The notes: generated by a model not told the origin, from the letters alone. A stretch of DNA of 32,000 nucleotides from Mycolicibacterium smegmatis (GCF_001457595.1 NZ_LN831039.1:1080001-1112000); one strand, 5' to 3'; numbered from the stretch's first letter, positions 1-9,048 are shown. A program made the numbers and translations.

Positions 1-1332
1 CTGTTCATCTCGCTGGTGGGCTGCCTGACCCCGCGGATGATCGAGCACGTCCGCAGCCTGCGCGCCGTGCCGGTCGCCGCTCCGCGCAACCTGGGCCGTC
101 TGCCCAAGCACCACGAGGCGCAGGTGCAGGCCGATGCGGCCGAACTCGCCGAGTCCGTCACGCAGCGGTTGCGGGGCTGGCGCACCGTCACCCGCGAGAA
201 CGTCGGGGTCACCGAGATCTCCGCGGAGAAGGGCTATCTGCGCGAGTTCGGCAACATCGTCTTCCACTTCTCGCTGCTGGGCCTGCTCGTCGCGGTCGCC
301 GCGGGCAAGCTGTTCGGCTACGAGGGCAACGTGATCGTCATCGCCGACGGCGGTCCCGGTTTCTGCACGGCCTCACCCGCGGCGTTCGACTCGTTCCGTG
401 CGGGCAACACCGTCGACGGCACATCGCTGCACCCGATGTGCATCCGCGTCAACAACTTCGATGCGGACTACCTGCCGACCGGGCAGGCGCTGTCATTCGC
501 CGCCGACATCGACTACCAGGCCGGCGACGACCTGAGCACCGACACGTGGCGGCCGTACCGCCTCGAGGTCAACCATCCGCTGCGCGTCGGCGGGGACCGC
601 GTGTACCTGCAGGGCCGCGGCTATGCACCGTCGTTCACCGTCACGTTCCCCGACGGCCAGACCCGCAGCCAGACCATCCAGTGGCGCCCCGAGGAACAGA
701 TCACGTTCCTGTCCTCCGGCGTCGTGCGCATCGATCCGCCCGCGGGCACCTACCCGGATCCCGACGAACGCCGCAAGCACCAGATCGCGATCCAGGGCCT
801 GTTCGCGCCCACCAAACAGCTCGACGGCACGCTGCTGTCCTCGAGCTTCCCGGCGCTCAACGATCCGGCCGTCGCCGTGGACATCTACCGGGGCGACACC
901 GGCCTCGACACGGGGCGGCCACAGTCGCTGTTCTCGCTGGACCCGCGGCTGATCGGGCAGAAGCGGCTGACCAAGGTCGCGCGCGTGAACCTCGAAGAGG
1001 GACAGGAGACGCGCCTCGACGACGGCACCGTCGTGCGGTTCGACGGCGCGAAGCCGTTCGTCAACCTGCAGGTGTCCCACGATCCCGCCCAGGTGTGGGT
1101 GCTGGTGTTCGCGATGACGATGATGGCGGGACTGCTGGTGTCGCTCGTGGTGCGCAGGCGCCGGGTCTGGGTTCGGATCGAACCCGCAGGTGCGGGTACC
1201 GTGAGCGTCGAGTTCGGCGGGCTGGCCCGCACGGATAACTCCGGGTGGGGAGACGAGTTCGAGCGGTTGACCGAGCGGCTGTTGGAAGGCCGCACCGAGG
1301 CGACCGAATCGGCCGAAGAGAAGAAGGCGTGA
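1..1332 (+). CDS. resB: ResB-like cytochrome c biogenesis protein, 5'-truncated by window edge
   Basis: Frame +1 is open from base 1 (LFISLVGCLTPRMIEHVRSLRAVPVAAP...) to TGA at 1332; ResB-like sequence with C-terminal TM segment; followed directly by a CcsA/CcsB-type gene. Confidence 0.92.
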   Translation: MFISLVGCLTPRMIEHVRSLRAVPVAAPRNLGRLPKHHEAQVQADAAELAESVTQRLRGWRTVTRENVGVTEISAEKGYLREFGNIVFHFSLLGLLVAVAAGKLFGYEGNVIVIADGGPGFCTASPAAFDSFRAGNTVDGTSLHPMCIRVNNFDADYLPTGQALSFAADIDYQAGDDLSTDTWRPYRLEVNHPLRVGGDRVYLQGRGYAPSFTVTFPDGQTRSQTIQWRPEEQITFLSSGVVRIDPPAGTYPDPDERRKHQIAIQGLFAPTKQLDGTLLSSSFPALNDPAVAVDIYRGDTGLDTGRPQSLFSLDPRLIGQKRLTKVARVNLEEGQETRLDDGTVVRFDGAKPFVNLQVSHDPAQVWVLVFAMTMMAGLLVSLVVRRRRVWVRIEPAGAGTVSVEFGGLARTDNSGWGDEFERLTERLLEGRTEATESAEEKKA

Positions 1333-2324
1333 TGAATACCGAGCACATCGATATCGGGCTGGCCCGGTACTCCGACTGGGCGTTCACGTCCTCGGTGCTG
1401 GTGCTGGTGGGTGCACTGCTGCTGCTCGCCGTCGAGATGGCGTACAGCCGCAGCCGCCGCGTCGAGTCCCGTGAGCTGGTCGGGGCGGGCGGGCCCTCGG
1501 TGGTCGGCGCCGACAGCGCGACCCCCGGCGTCGTCGTGGAGAGCCCCAAGCGGCCGTTCGACGAGCGGGTCGGCAAGACCGGTCTGGCACTGACCTACGT
1601 CGGTATCGGTCTGCTGCTGGTGTGCATCGTGCTGCGCGGCGTGTCCACCTCGCGCGTGCCGTGGGGCAACATGTACGAGTTCATCAACCTGACGTGCTTC
1701 TGCGGGCTGGTGGCCGCCGCGGTCGTGCTGCGCAGGCCGCAGTACCGCACGCTGTGGGTGTTCGTGCTCGTGCCGGTGCTGATCCTGTTGACCGTCTCGG
1801 GCCGCTGGCTCTACACCAACGCCGCCCCGGTGATGCCCGCGCTGCAGTCGTACTGGCTGCCCATCCACGTGTCGGTGGTGAGCCTGGGCTCGGGTGTGTT
1901 CCTGGTGGCGGGCGTCGCGAGCATCCTGTTCCTGCTGAAGATGTCGCCGCTGGGCCAACCGCAGGAGGGGCGTGACAGCGTGTGGGCGCGGATCATCGAC
2001 CGCGTGCCCGACGCGCAGACGCTGGACCGGATCGCCTACCGCACCACGATCTTCGCGTTCCCGGTGTTCGGCTTCGGCGTCATCTTCGGCGCGATCTGGG
2101 CCGAGGAGGCCTGGGGCCGCTACTGGGGCTGGGACCCCAAGGAGACCGTGTCGTTCATCGCGTGGGTCGTGTACGCGGCGTACCTGCACGCCCGCTCGAC
2201 CGCGGGGTGGCGTGACCGCAAGGCCGCCTGGATCAACGTCGTCGGTTTCGTCGCGATGGTCTTCAACCTGTTCTTCATCAACCTGGTCACCGTCGGCCTG
2301 CATTCGTACGCGGGAGTCGGCTGA
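1332..2324 (+). CDS. ccsB: Cytochrome c biogenesis protein CcsA/CcsB (heme handling, WGWDPKE motif)
   Basis: ATG at 1332 overlaps the previous stop (TGATG). Multi-TM protein with WAEEAWGRYWGWDPKETVSFIAWVVYAAYLHAR. Confidence 0.95.
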   Translation: MNTEHIDIGLARYSDWAFTSSVLVLVGALLLLAVEMAYSRSRRVESRELVGAGGPSVVGADSATPGVVVESPKRPFDERVGKTGLALTYVGIGLLLVCIVLRGVSTSRVPWGNMYEFINLTCFCGLVAAAVVLRRPQYRTLWVFVLVPVLILLTVSGRWLYTNAAPVMPALQSYWLPIHVSVVSLGSGVFLVAGVASILFLLKMSPLGQPQEGRDSVWARIIDRVPDAQTLDRIAYRTTIFAFPVFGFGVIFGAIWAEEAWGRYWGWDPKETVSFIAWVVYAAYLHARSTAGWRDRKAAWINVVGFVAMVFNLFFINLVTVGLHSYAGVG

Positions 2325-2402
2325 CCGGCCACGTGAGCGCGCCCTGCGGCGCGCACGCGCGCTATCGTCGGGCCCGGGAGTTGTCCGAGAAGAGGGGATT
2401 TC

Positions 2403-3731
2403 GTGTCCGCATCATCCGAACACCCGGTACCCGACTCGGTGGACGTGCCTGCGCCGGAGCATCCGGCGGCCGAGACACCCGAGGCGCCATCGGTTTTCGC
2501 GCCCGTCCCGGGTTTCCGCGGACAGCAGCGCTTCAGCGATCCCGCGCAGGCCGGTGTCAGCACACCGCTGCCCGCGGAGTGGACGGCGCCGACGCCTCCG
2601 CACGGCATCCCCGTGTCTGCGCCCCAGACGGCGCAGACACCGCCCCAGAACTCACACCAGCCGATGGCGTCCGGGCTGCCGCCGCTGCCACCGGCGCCGC
2701 TCACGCCGCCGGCCGCGGCGGCCGAACAGCCGCCCGCGGACTTCGCCACACCGTATGAGGACCTGACCACCACGGCGCTGCTCGGCCGGCGCAAGTCCCC
2801 GCCGACGGCGGGCTGGCGCCGCTGGTTGTATCTCGCGTCGTTCAAACAGGTCAACGTCGGTGAGAGCCCCAAGGTCACGCACCGCCAGAGCCTGGTCTCC
2901 CAGGTGAGCCACCCGCTGCAGGGCTGCTACCGCATCGCGGTGCTCTCGCTCAAGGGCGGTGTCGGCAAGACCACGATCACCGCGACGCTGGGGTCGACGT
3001 TCGCCTCGATCCGCGGGGACCGCGTCATCGCGGTCGACGCCAACCCCGACCGCGGCACGCTGAGCCAGAAGGTGCCGCTGGAAACCGCCGCGACCGTGCG
3101 CCACCTGCTCCGCGACGCCGAGGGCATTGAACGCTACAGCGACGTGCGCGCGTACACCTCGCAGGGCCCGAGCCGGCTGGAAGTGCTGGCGTCGGAAAGC
3201 GATCCGGCCGTGTCCGAGGCGTTCAGCTCCGAGGATTACCTGCGGACGCTCGAGGTGCTGGAGCGGTTCTACAGTCTCGTACTCACCGACTGCGGCACCG
3301 GGCTGATCCACTCGGCGATGTCGGCGGTGCTGTCCAAGGCCGACGTCCTCATCGTGGTCAGCTCGGGCTCGGTGGACGGTGCGCGCAGCGCCGCGGCCAC
3401 CCTGGACTGGCTCGACGCGCACGGCCATCAGGACCTGGTGCGCAATTCGGTCGCGGTGCTCAACGCGGTGCGCCCGCGGGCAGGCAAGGTGGACCTGTCG
3501 AAGGTCGTCGATCACTTTTCGCGGCGGTGCCGTGCGGTGCGGCTCGTGCCGTTCGATCCGCATCTGGAAGAGGGTGCCGAGATCAGCCTCGACCGGCTCA
3601 AGCCGAAGACACGCGAGGCTCTTCTGGAATTGGCGGCCGTGGTGGCCGGTGATTTCGGGTCCGACCGCACCGGCGCGCTCGGGGGAGCCGATTCGGCAGG
3701 GTCGCGTCGGATCGCCGATCCGCGCGTCTGA
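2403..3731 (+). CDS. MinD/ParA-like P-loop ATPase with Pro-rich N-terminal region
   Basis: GTG start 2403; KGGVGKTT Walker A in AVLSLKGGVGKTTITATLGSTFA, then VIAVDANPDRGTLSQK; ~110 aa Pro/Ala-rich N-terminus. Confidence 0.9.
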   Translation: MSASSEHPVPDSVDVPAPEHPAAETPEAPSVFAPVPGFRGQQRFSDPAQAGVSTPLPAEWTAPTPPHGIPVSAPQTAQTPPQNSHQPMASGLPPLPPAPLTPPAAAAEQPPADFATPYEDLTTTALLGRRKSPPTAGWRRWLYLASFKQVNVGESPKVTHRQSLVSQVSHPLQGCYRIAVLSLKGGVGKTTITATLGSTFASIRGDRVIAVDANPDRGTLSQKVPLETAATVRHLLRDAEGIERYSDVRAYTSQGPSRLEVLASESDPAVSEAFSSEDYLRTLEVLERFYSLVLTDCGTGLIHSAMSAVLSKADVLIVVSSGSVDGARSAAATLDWLDAHGHQDLVRNSVAVLNAVRPRAGKVDLSKVVDHFSRRCRAVRLVPFDPHLEEGAEISLDRLKPKTREALLELAAVVAGDFGSDRTGALGGADSAGSRRIADPRV

Positions 3732-3748
3732 CACGCGGCCGATAACTG

Positions 3749-3913
3749 CTAGGGCCGGGGGTTGTTGTCTCCGTGTCCGAGTTTCCGGAGGAAATCCGGA
3801 TCGTCGTCTGGGCCGATGACCCGCGTGCGCGATTTTTCGCTCGCGGCACGCGAGAGTCGCCAACCCACGTAGACCAGGCCGGCCAAAATGCACAACAGGA
3901 GTAGGTACGCCAC
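3749..3913 (-). CDS. Small single-pass membrane protein (54 aa)
   Basis: GTG start at 3913 preceded on the minus strand by AAGGAGG; VAYLLLLCILAGLVYVGWRLSR TM helix, then charged tail SEKSRTRVIGPDDDPDFLRKLGHGDNNPRP. Confidence 0.7.
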   Translation of the reverse strand: MAYLLLLCILAGLVYVGWRLSRAASEKSRTRVIGPDDDPDFLRKLGHGDNNPRP

Positions 3914-3989
3914 TCGAAACCTCCTTGCTCCGAATATACGCGTCGTCGGTAGGCTCGGATGCGTGTCAGCAAGTCGTCCCGCATCCCGC

Positions 3990-4262
3990 ATGGTTGCCGA
4001 TGTGCTCGCATACGTCGCGGCCCGGCTGGTTCTCGTCGCGGTACTCGCCGCGGTGATCTACGTGGTGGGCCGGATGGTCGTCGGTGACTTCCCGATCGTG
4101 GTGGCTTTGCTGTTCTCGTTCGTGATCGCGCTGCCTCTGGGCATCTGGGTGTTCAAGCCGCTGCGTCTGCGTGCGACGGCCTCCATTGCGGAATTCGACG
4201 AGCGCCGGCGCAAGGACCGTGCGGATCTGCAGGCGCGGCTTCGTGGCGACGACCCCAAGTGA
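3990..4262 (+). CDS. DUF4229-like small membrane protein
   Basis: MVADVLAYVAARLVLVAVLAAVIYVVGRMVVGDFPIVVALLFSFVIALPLGIWVF...; alternative GTG start at 3963. Confidence 0.8.
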   Translation: MVADVLAYVAARLVLVAVLAAVIYVVGRMVVGDFPIVVALLFSFVIALPLGIWVFKPLRLRATASIAEFDERRRKDRADLQARLRGDDPK

Positions 4263-5299
4263 TGCGGGCGGCTTTCGGCGCTGAATTCGTGGGCGCGGAG
4301 GGATTCCTGAACTCCGCGACCTACGGTCTGCCGCCGCAGTTCCTCGTCGACGCCCTGGACACCCACATCCGTCAGTGGCAGTCCGGAACGCTCGACGCCG
4401 CGTCGTTCGACGAACCGGTGCGCCGCGCGAGGGCTGGGTATGCGGCCCTGACCGGTGTGCCCACCGAATCGGTCGTCCTGGCGGGGTCCACCTCGGCCGC
4501 GTTGGGTCTGGTCGCTGCGTCCGTCCCCGACGGCAGCCGTGTCGCGGTCGTGACGGGTGAGTTCACCAGCACATCGTTCCCGTTCGCCGCGCAGGCCGGG
4601 CGCGGGGTCACCGTCACCGAGGTGGCGCCCGACCGGTTGCCCGACGCGGCCGCCGAGCACGACGTCGTGGTGGGCAGCCTCGTCCAGTCCGCCGACGGTG
4701 CTCTGCTGGACCTCGAGGGCGTGCGTGAGGCCGTGGCGGGCACCGAGACTCGCGTGGTGATCGATGTCACACAGGCCGCGGGCTGGAAGCGTCTCGACCT
4801 GGGCTGGGTCGACGTGACGGTGGCCTCGGGGTACAAGTGGCTGCTGGCACCGCGGGGCATCGCGTGGATGTCGTTGAGCGACAGGGTGGCTGCGCGCATG
4901 ACGCCGCACGCGGCGAACTGGTACGCGGGGGACCGACCGTGGGACTCGATCTACGGCCTGCCGTTGCGGTTGTCCGGCGAGGCGCGCCGCTTCGACGTGT
5001 CGCCTGCCTGGTTCGCGGCCCTCGGCGCCGGGCTCACCCTGCCGTGGCTGGCGTCGCTGGATCCGGTGGCCGTCGAGGCGCACGCGGTGGGCCTGGCGAA
5101 CCGCCTGCGCCACGAACTCGAACTGGCGCCGCAGGATTCGGCCATCGTGTCCATTCCGATCACCGGTGCCGAGGAACGTCTGCGGCAGGCCGGAATTCGC
5201 GCCGCGGTCCGCGCGGGCGCGGTGCGCGTGGGCTTCCACCTGTACAACACCGAGGACGATCTCGAGCGCCTGCTGCATGCCCTGGGGGATAACCGGTAG
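4262..5299 (+). CDS. Aminotransferase class V (PLP-dependent, cysteine desulfurase-like fold)
   Basis: ATG overlaps upstream stop (TGATG); SGYKWLLAPRGIAWMS lysine region, VIDVTQAAGWKRLDLGWVDV. Confidence 0.9.
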   Translation: MRAAFGAEFVGAEGFLNSATYGLPPQFLVDALDTHIRQWQSGTLDAASFDEPVRRARAGYAALTGVPTESVVLAGSTSAALGLVAASVPDGSRVAVVTGEFTSTSFPFAAQAGRGVTVTEVAPDRLPDAAAEHDVVVGSLVQSADGALLDLEGVREAVAGTETRVVIDVTQAAGWKRLDLGWVDVTVASGYKWLLAPRGIAWMSLSDRVAARMTPHAANWYAGDRPWDSIYGLPLRLSGEARRFDVSPAWFAALGAGLTLPWLASLDPVAVEAHAVGLANRLRHELELAPQDSAIVSIPITGAEERLRQAGIRAAVRAGAVRVGFHLYNTEDDLERLLHALGDNR

Positions 5300-5396
5300 C
5301 CGGATTTGGCCGCCAGCGCCAACGATACTCACGCCCCGGCGAGCAAGGCTGGGTGTAGCACGAAATGTGCTAATTCAAAGGAGTTTTGGCCGAAAA

Positions 5397-5645
5397 ATGA
5401 GTATCAAAGTTCATGCATTGACACTGCTGGGCGCGGGTGCGGGAGCGCTTGCGGTCGGTCTGGCACCCGTGGCGCAGGCAGCGCCCACCGGACCGACCTG
5501 CACCGATCAGGGAAATTCGACGTTGTGCCAGTCCAACGGCAACGCGCAGGTGACGGCGAACCCGCCGGCAGTCGACTATCAGGCCCAGTACCCGTTCTTC
5601 GGCGGGTATGCGCTCCTTTTCCACCATGGCGGTGGCCACCGGTAG
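5397..5645 (+). CDS. Small secreted protein (82 aa precursor)
   Basis: AAGGAG RBS 5378-5383; MSIKVHALTLLGAGAGALAVGLAPVAQAAP signal peptide, mature part with two Cys (PTCTDQGNSTLCQ) and C-terminal HHGGGHR. Confidence 0.75.
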   Translation: MSIKVHALTLLGAGAGALAVGLAPVAQAAPTGPTCTDQGNSTLCQSNGNAQVTANPPAVDYQAQYPFFGGYALLFHHGGGHR

Positions 5646-5650
5646 AACAT

Positions 5651-5707
5651 CGAGCGTTGGCTTGTGTGCGAGATCTCTCGGAGAATTCGCACACCAGCCA
5701 ACGCTCG
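5651..5707. terminator. Large near-perfect inverted repeat between convergent genes; candidate bidirectional terminator
   Basis: CGAGCGTTGGCT-t-GTGTGCGA (5651-5671) pairs with TCGCACAC-c-AGCCAACGCTCG (5687-5707): 12+8 bp paired, one mismatch, 15-nt loop. Confidence 0.8.
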
Positions 5708-5721
5708 GCGCCGTGGACCAT

Positions 5722-7353
5722 TCAGTCGTGGTGCAACGGGATTCGCGCCGTGATCGTGGTGCCGACCCCGGACGGGCTGGTGATGGTCAACTCGCCCGAC
5801 AGCGCCTCGACGCGGTCCTTGAGCCCGATCAGGCCCGACCCGCCGCCTGCCACCGCGCCGCCCACGCCGTCGTCGTCGATCATGAGGTCCAGGGTGTCGT
5901 CGCCCAGCGTGGCGGTGATGACGATGGCCTGGGCCTCGGCGTACTTCGCGGCGTTGGTCAGCGCCTCGGCGACGACGTAATACGCAGCGACGCCGACGGA
6001 TTCGGGCACCGGTTCGGGAAGATCAACCTCGAGGTCGACCGGCACGGGGCAGCGGCGGGCCAGCGCCCGCAGTGCGGGCCCCAGACCACCCTTGGACAGG
6101 ATCGCCGGGTGGATGCCGCGGGAGAACTCCTGCAGTTCGGTGGACAACGACGACAAACCGTCGACCACGCGGCTGATCTGCAGGCGCAGCTCGAGTTGAT
6201 CGTCGGGCACGGAAGCCTCGACGGCACGCAGTCCGAGCCCCAGCGAGATGACGCGCTGCTGTGCGCCGTCGTGCAGGTCGCGCTCGAACCGGCGCCGCGC
6301 CTGATCGGCCGCCGTGACGATCCTGGCGCGCGACGCGGTGAGGGCCGCGCGGGTCTCGGCGTTGGTGATCGCGGTGCCGACGAGATCCGCGAAGTCGCCC
6401 ACCCTGACCTCGGTGTCGGCAGGGAACTCGAACGGCTGCGACGAACCCACGAGCAGCACGCCGTACACCCGTCCGTCCACCAGGATCGGCGCGCCGACGG
6501 CCGAGCGGATCCCGACCTCGCGGATCCGTGCCGCTCCTGCGCCCCCGACGACGGCGTAGTCGTCGACCCGCGCGGGTGCGCCGGTGCGCGCGACGAGCGT
6601 GGTCACGGTGTCCCCGTCGAGCGGGATACGTTCGCCGACAGGGAATTTCGGTGCGCCTGTGGCGTCGCGTGATGCCAGCACGGTAGAGGTGCCGTCGCCG
6701 GGGAAGAGCAGCAGCGCCACGTGGTCCAGGCCGAAACCGGCCGCGAGTTCGTCGACCGCCGCGGGATAGACCTCCTCGGGCGGAGACCCGCGCGCCACCA
6801 GGGTCGCGACCCTGCGCAGCGCGGCCTGTTGTGCCGCCAGCTCACTGACCTCGGCGTGGCTGGCCTCGATCAGCTTCTGCGCTTCCTGTGCCGCCGCGGC
6901 CGCACGGTCGGCCTCGACGGTGCGTTGCTCGGCTTCGGCGGTCCGCAGCCGTGCCTGCCCGACGAGGATGTTGGCGAGCAGTGCCACCGGTATGAACACG
7001 GCGATCGACGCGATGTCCTCGGAGTAGATGGGCATCAGCGCGCCGTGGGTCTCCATGTGGAAGTGCACGTAGACCAGCGCCGAGAGAAGCGACGTCGCGA
7101 CCGACAGGCGCATGCCCCAGCCGGCCGACACCACGAGCACGCCGAGCAGGAACACCGTGCCGAACGTGCTCTCGGGGGCCACCTTCTGCATGAAGTGCAC
7201 CAGCAGGCTCTCGGCGGCGATACAACCGAGCGCCACCGCGATCCCGATCTTGAGCGGTGGCGCGGTGGGCCGCAGCACCAACCCAAGAAGGCGCGCACCT
7301 GCCGACTCGCGGCGGTGCTCAGAGGGTCGATCGGCTGCACCAGTCACATTCAC
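5722..7353 (-). CDS. Sensor histidine kinase: DUF4118-like membrane region, GAF, HisKA_3, HATPase_c (NarL/DesK-class)
   Basis: KdpD-like 4-TM N-terminus; RRFERDLHDGAQQRVISLGLGLR H-box; DGVGGAVAGGGSGLIGLKDRVEALSG ATP-binding region; GTG start 7353. Confidence 0.92.
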   Translation of the reverse strand: MNVTGAADRPSEHRRESAGARLLGLVLRPTAPPLKIGIAVALGCIAAESLLVHFMQKVAPESTFGTVFLLGVLVVSAGWGMRLSVATSLLSALVYVHFHMETHGALMPIYSEDIASIAVFIPVALLANILVGQARLRTAEAEQRTVEADRAAAAAQEAQKLIEASHAEVSELAAQQAALRRVATLVARGSPPEEVYPAAVDELAAGFGLDHVALLLFPGDGTSTVLASRDATGAPKFPVGERIPLDGDTVTTLVARTGAPARVDDYAVVGGAGAARIREVGIRSAVGAPILVDGRVYGVLLVGSSQPFEFPADTEVRVGDFADLVGTAITNAETRAALTASRARIVTAADQARRRFERDLHDGAQQRVISLGLGLRAVEASVPDDQLELRLQISRVVDGLSSLSTELQEFSRGIHPAILSKGGLGPALRALARRCPVPVDLEVDLPEPVPESVGVAAYYVVAEALTNAAKYAEAQAIVITATLGDDTLDLMIDDDGVGGAVAGGGSGLIGLKDRVEALSGELTITSPSGVGTTITARIPLHHD

Positions 7354-7378
7354 CTAGACAGACGAACATGGCGTGATC

Positions 7379-7433
7379 CGGGTTCATGCCCGGTGACGCT
7401 CCTGGTCATGGTTCTGTCATACCTCGGTCATGC
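7379..7433. promoter_or_regulatory. Candidate regulator array: five consecutive 11-nt units, four containing TCAT at the same phase
   Basis: TCAT at 7384, 7406, 7417, 7428. Minus-strand units: GCATGACCGAG / GTATGACAGAA / CCATGACCAGG / AGCGTCACCGG / GCATGAACCCG. Confidence 0.5.
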
Positions 7434-7522
7434 CAGGGGTACCGGCAAATTCCCGCTAGCAGCAATGCACACCCCGACCGGTGACTGCCACCCTGGATGC
7501 ATGAGCGGTTTGCGGAGGCATG

Positions 7523-7882
7523 ATGCGTTGTCTCATCGTCGATGACAGTGCGAGTTTTCGCACGGCTGCCGCCACGATGCTCGACAGTGGCGGGGTCGAG
7601 GTCGTCGGCGTCGCCTCCAACAGTGCCGAGGCGATGGTGTTCTGTCGCGAACTGCAGCCCGACGTGGTCCTGGTTGACATCGCGCTGGGCGCAGAGAGCG
7701 GGTTCGAGCTCACCGAGAAACTGCTCGACGAACTCGGGCCGCGGCCACCCGCGGTGATCCTGATCTCGACGTACGACGAGCAGGACCTGTCGGAGATGAT
7801 CGCATCGAGCCCCGCTGTCGGATTCGTACCGAAGTTCGCGTTGTCGGTGCCCGCGATCCAGAACCTGCTCGCCACCATCTGA
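7523..7882 (+). CDS. Stand-alone response-regulator receiver domain (no output domain)
   Basis: GGAGG at 7514-7518 before tandem ATGs 7520/7523; MRCLIVDDSASFRTAAATML...PDVVLVDIALGAESGFEL...; stop after a single receiver domain. Confidence 0.88.
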   Translation: MRCLIVDDSASFRTAAATMLDSGGVEVVGVASNSAEAMVFCRELQPDVVLVDIALGAESGFELTEKLLDELGPRPPAVILISTYDEQDLSEMIASSPAVGFVPKFALSVPAIQNLLATI

Positions 7883-7998
7883 CGCCTGTTCGTCGAATTC
7901 GGTTGGGTCACCGATCAATCTGTGTGTCGCGCGAGAAATGTGGTCCCGGAGTCCCCATTTCGTTCCGCGACGACGTCGATCGGGGTCATGATCGGCAG

Positions 7999-9048
7999 AT
8001 GGGATATCACGGTAGAGCAGCAGCCATCCGGAAGAAGTCGACGACGACGACCCTGCGCGCGGGAGCCGTGCTCGGGGTGATCCTGCTGGGACTGACCGGT
8101 TGTGGTGGTCAGCGCGGTGAGAGCGACGGCGCGGCCTCGGCCGAGCCGACCGGTTGCGAGATCACCTCCGACGCCCGCCTGAGCATCGCCACCGGCAACA
8201 CCACCGGGGTGTACTACACGCTGGGCGGTGCCCTGGCCGAGGCGATCAGTCAGCAGACCGACGGCAAGCTCAAGGCCACCGCTGCGGAGACATCGGCGTC
8301 GCTGCAGAACATCCAGCAACTCGTGGCGGGCACGCATCAGGTCGCGTTCTCCCTGGCCGACACCGCGGCCGACGCCGTCAACGGCACCGCGTCGTTCAGC
8401 GAGAAGCAGCCCATCGCGGCGCTGGCGCGGCTGTATCCCAACTACACGCAGGTCATCGCGCGCACCGACGCCGGGATCAACTCGGTCGCTGACATGCGCG
8501 GCAAACGCGTCTCGACGGGGGCGCCGAACTCGGGCACCGAGGTGATCGCCAACCGCATGCTCGAGGCCGCCGGTCTGGGCCCGGGCGACGTGCAGACGCA
8601 GCGCACCGAACTCGGCAAGACCGTGGAGGGTATGAAGGACGGTTCCATCGACGCCTTGTTCTGGTCGGGCGGTCTGCCCACCAGCGGCATCACCGATCTG
8701 ATCGTCAGCAGGCGTGATCAGGTGAAGTTCATCGACGTCACCGACACCCTCGACAAGCTCAAGGAGATCAACCCGATCTACGAGGCGGGGGTGATCCCGG
8801 CGAGCACCTACCAGACCCCTGCCGACGTGTCCACGGTCGTCGTGCCGAATGTGCTTCTGGTCAAGGACGATATGGACGGCAACACCGCGTGCGTGCTCAC
8901 CAAGACGCTCTTCGAGCGCAAGGACGATCTGGTGAAGGCCAACAAGGCGGCCGAGGACATCGAGCTTCAGGACGCGCGTGAGACCAGCCCCGTGCCGTTG
9001 CATCCCGGCGCCGCCAAGGCCCTCGACGAGCTGGGCGCGGCGAATTGA
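7999..9048 (+). CDS. TAXI-family TRAP transporter solute-binding lipoprotein
   Basis: Lipobox LLGLTGC; SIATGNTTGVYYTLGGALAEAISQQT... typical of TAXI receptors; followed by TRAP permease. Start codon inferred. Confidence 0.9.
   Translation: MGYHGRAAAIRKKSTTTTLRAGAVLGVILLGLTGCGGQRGESDGAASAEPTGCEITSDARLSIATGNTTGVYYTLGGALAEAISQQTDGKLKATAAETSASLQNIQQLVAGTHQVAFSLADTAADAVNGTASFSEKQPIAALARLYPNYTQVIARTDAGINSVADMRGKRVSTGAPNSGTEVIANRMLEAAGLGPGDVQTQRTELGKTVEGMKDGSIDALFWSGGLPTSGITDLIVSRRDQVKFIDVTDTLDKLKEINPIYEAGVIPASTYQTPADVSTVVVPNVLLVKDDMDGNTACVLTKTLFERKDDLVKANKAAEDIELQDARETSPVPLHPGAAKALDELGAAN

Noticed and set aside
885-2303. 472-aa minus ORF opposite resB/ccsB
   Set aside because: Shadow ORF of conserved membrane protein genes with no domain-like segments.
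5166-5396. N-terminal extension of the small secreted protein suggested by the ORF track
   Set aside because: The region overlaps the aminotransferase and is unlike coding sequence. A good RBS and signal peptide start are at 5397.
7883-7998. Possible frameshifted HTH output domain after the receiver at 7523-7882
   Set aside because: The spacer is only 116 nt and no frame encodes a LuxR or winged-helix motif, so the receiver is treated as genuinely single-domain.
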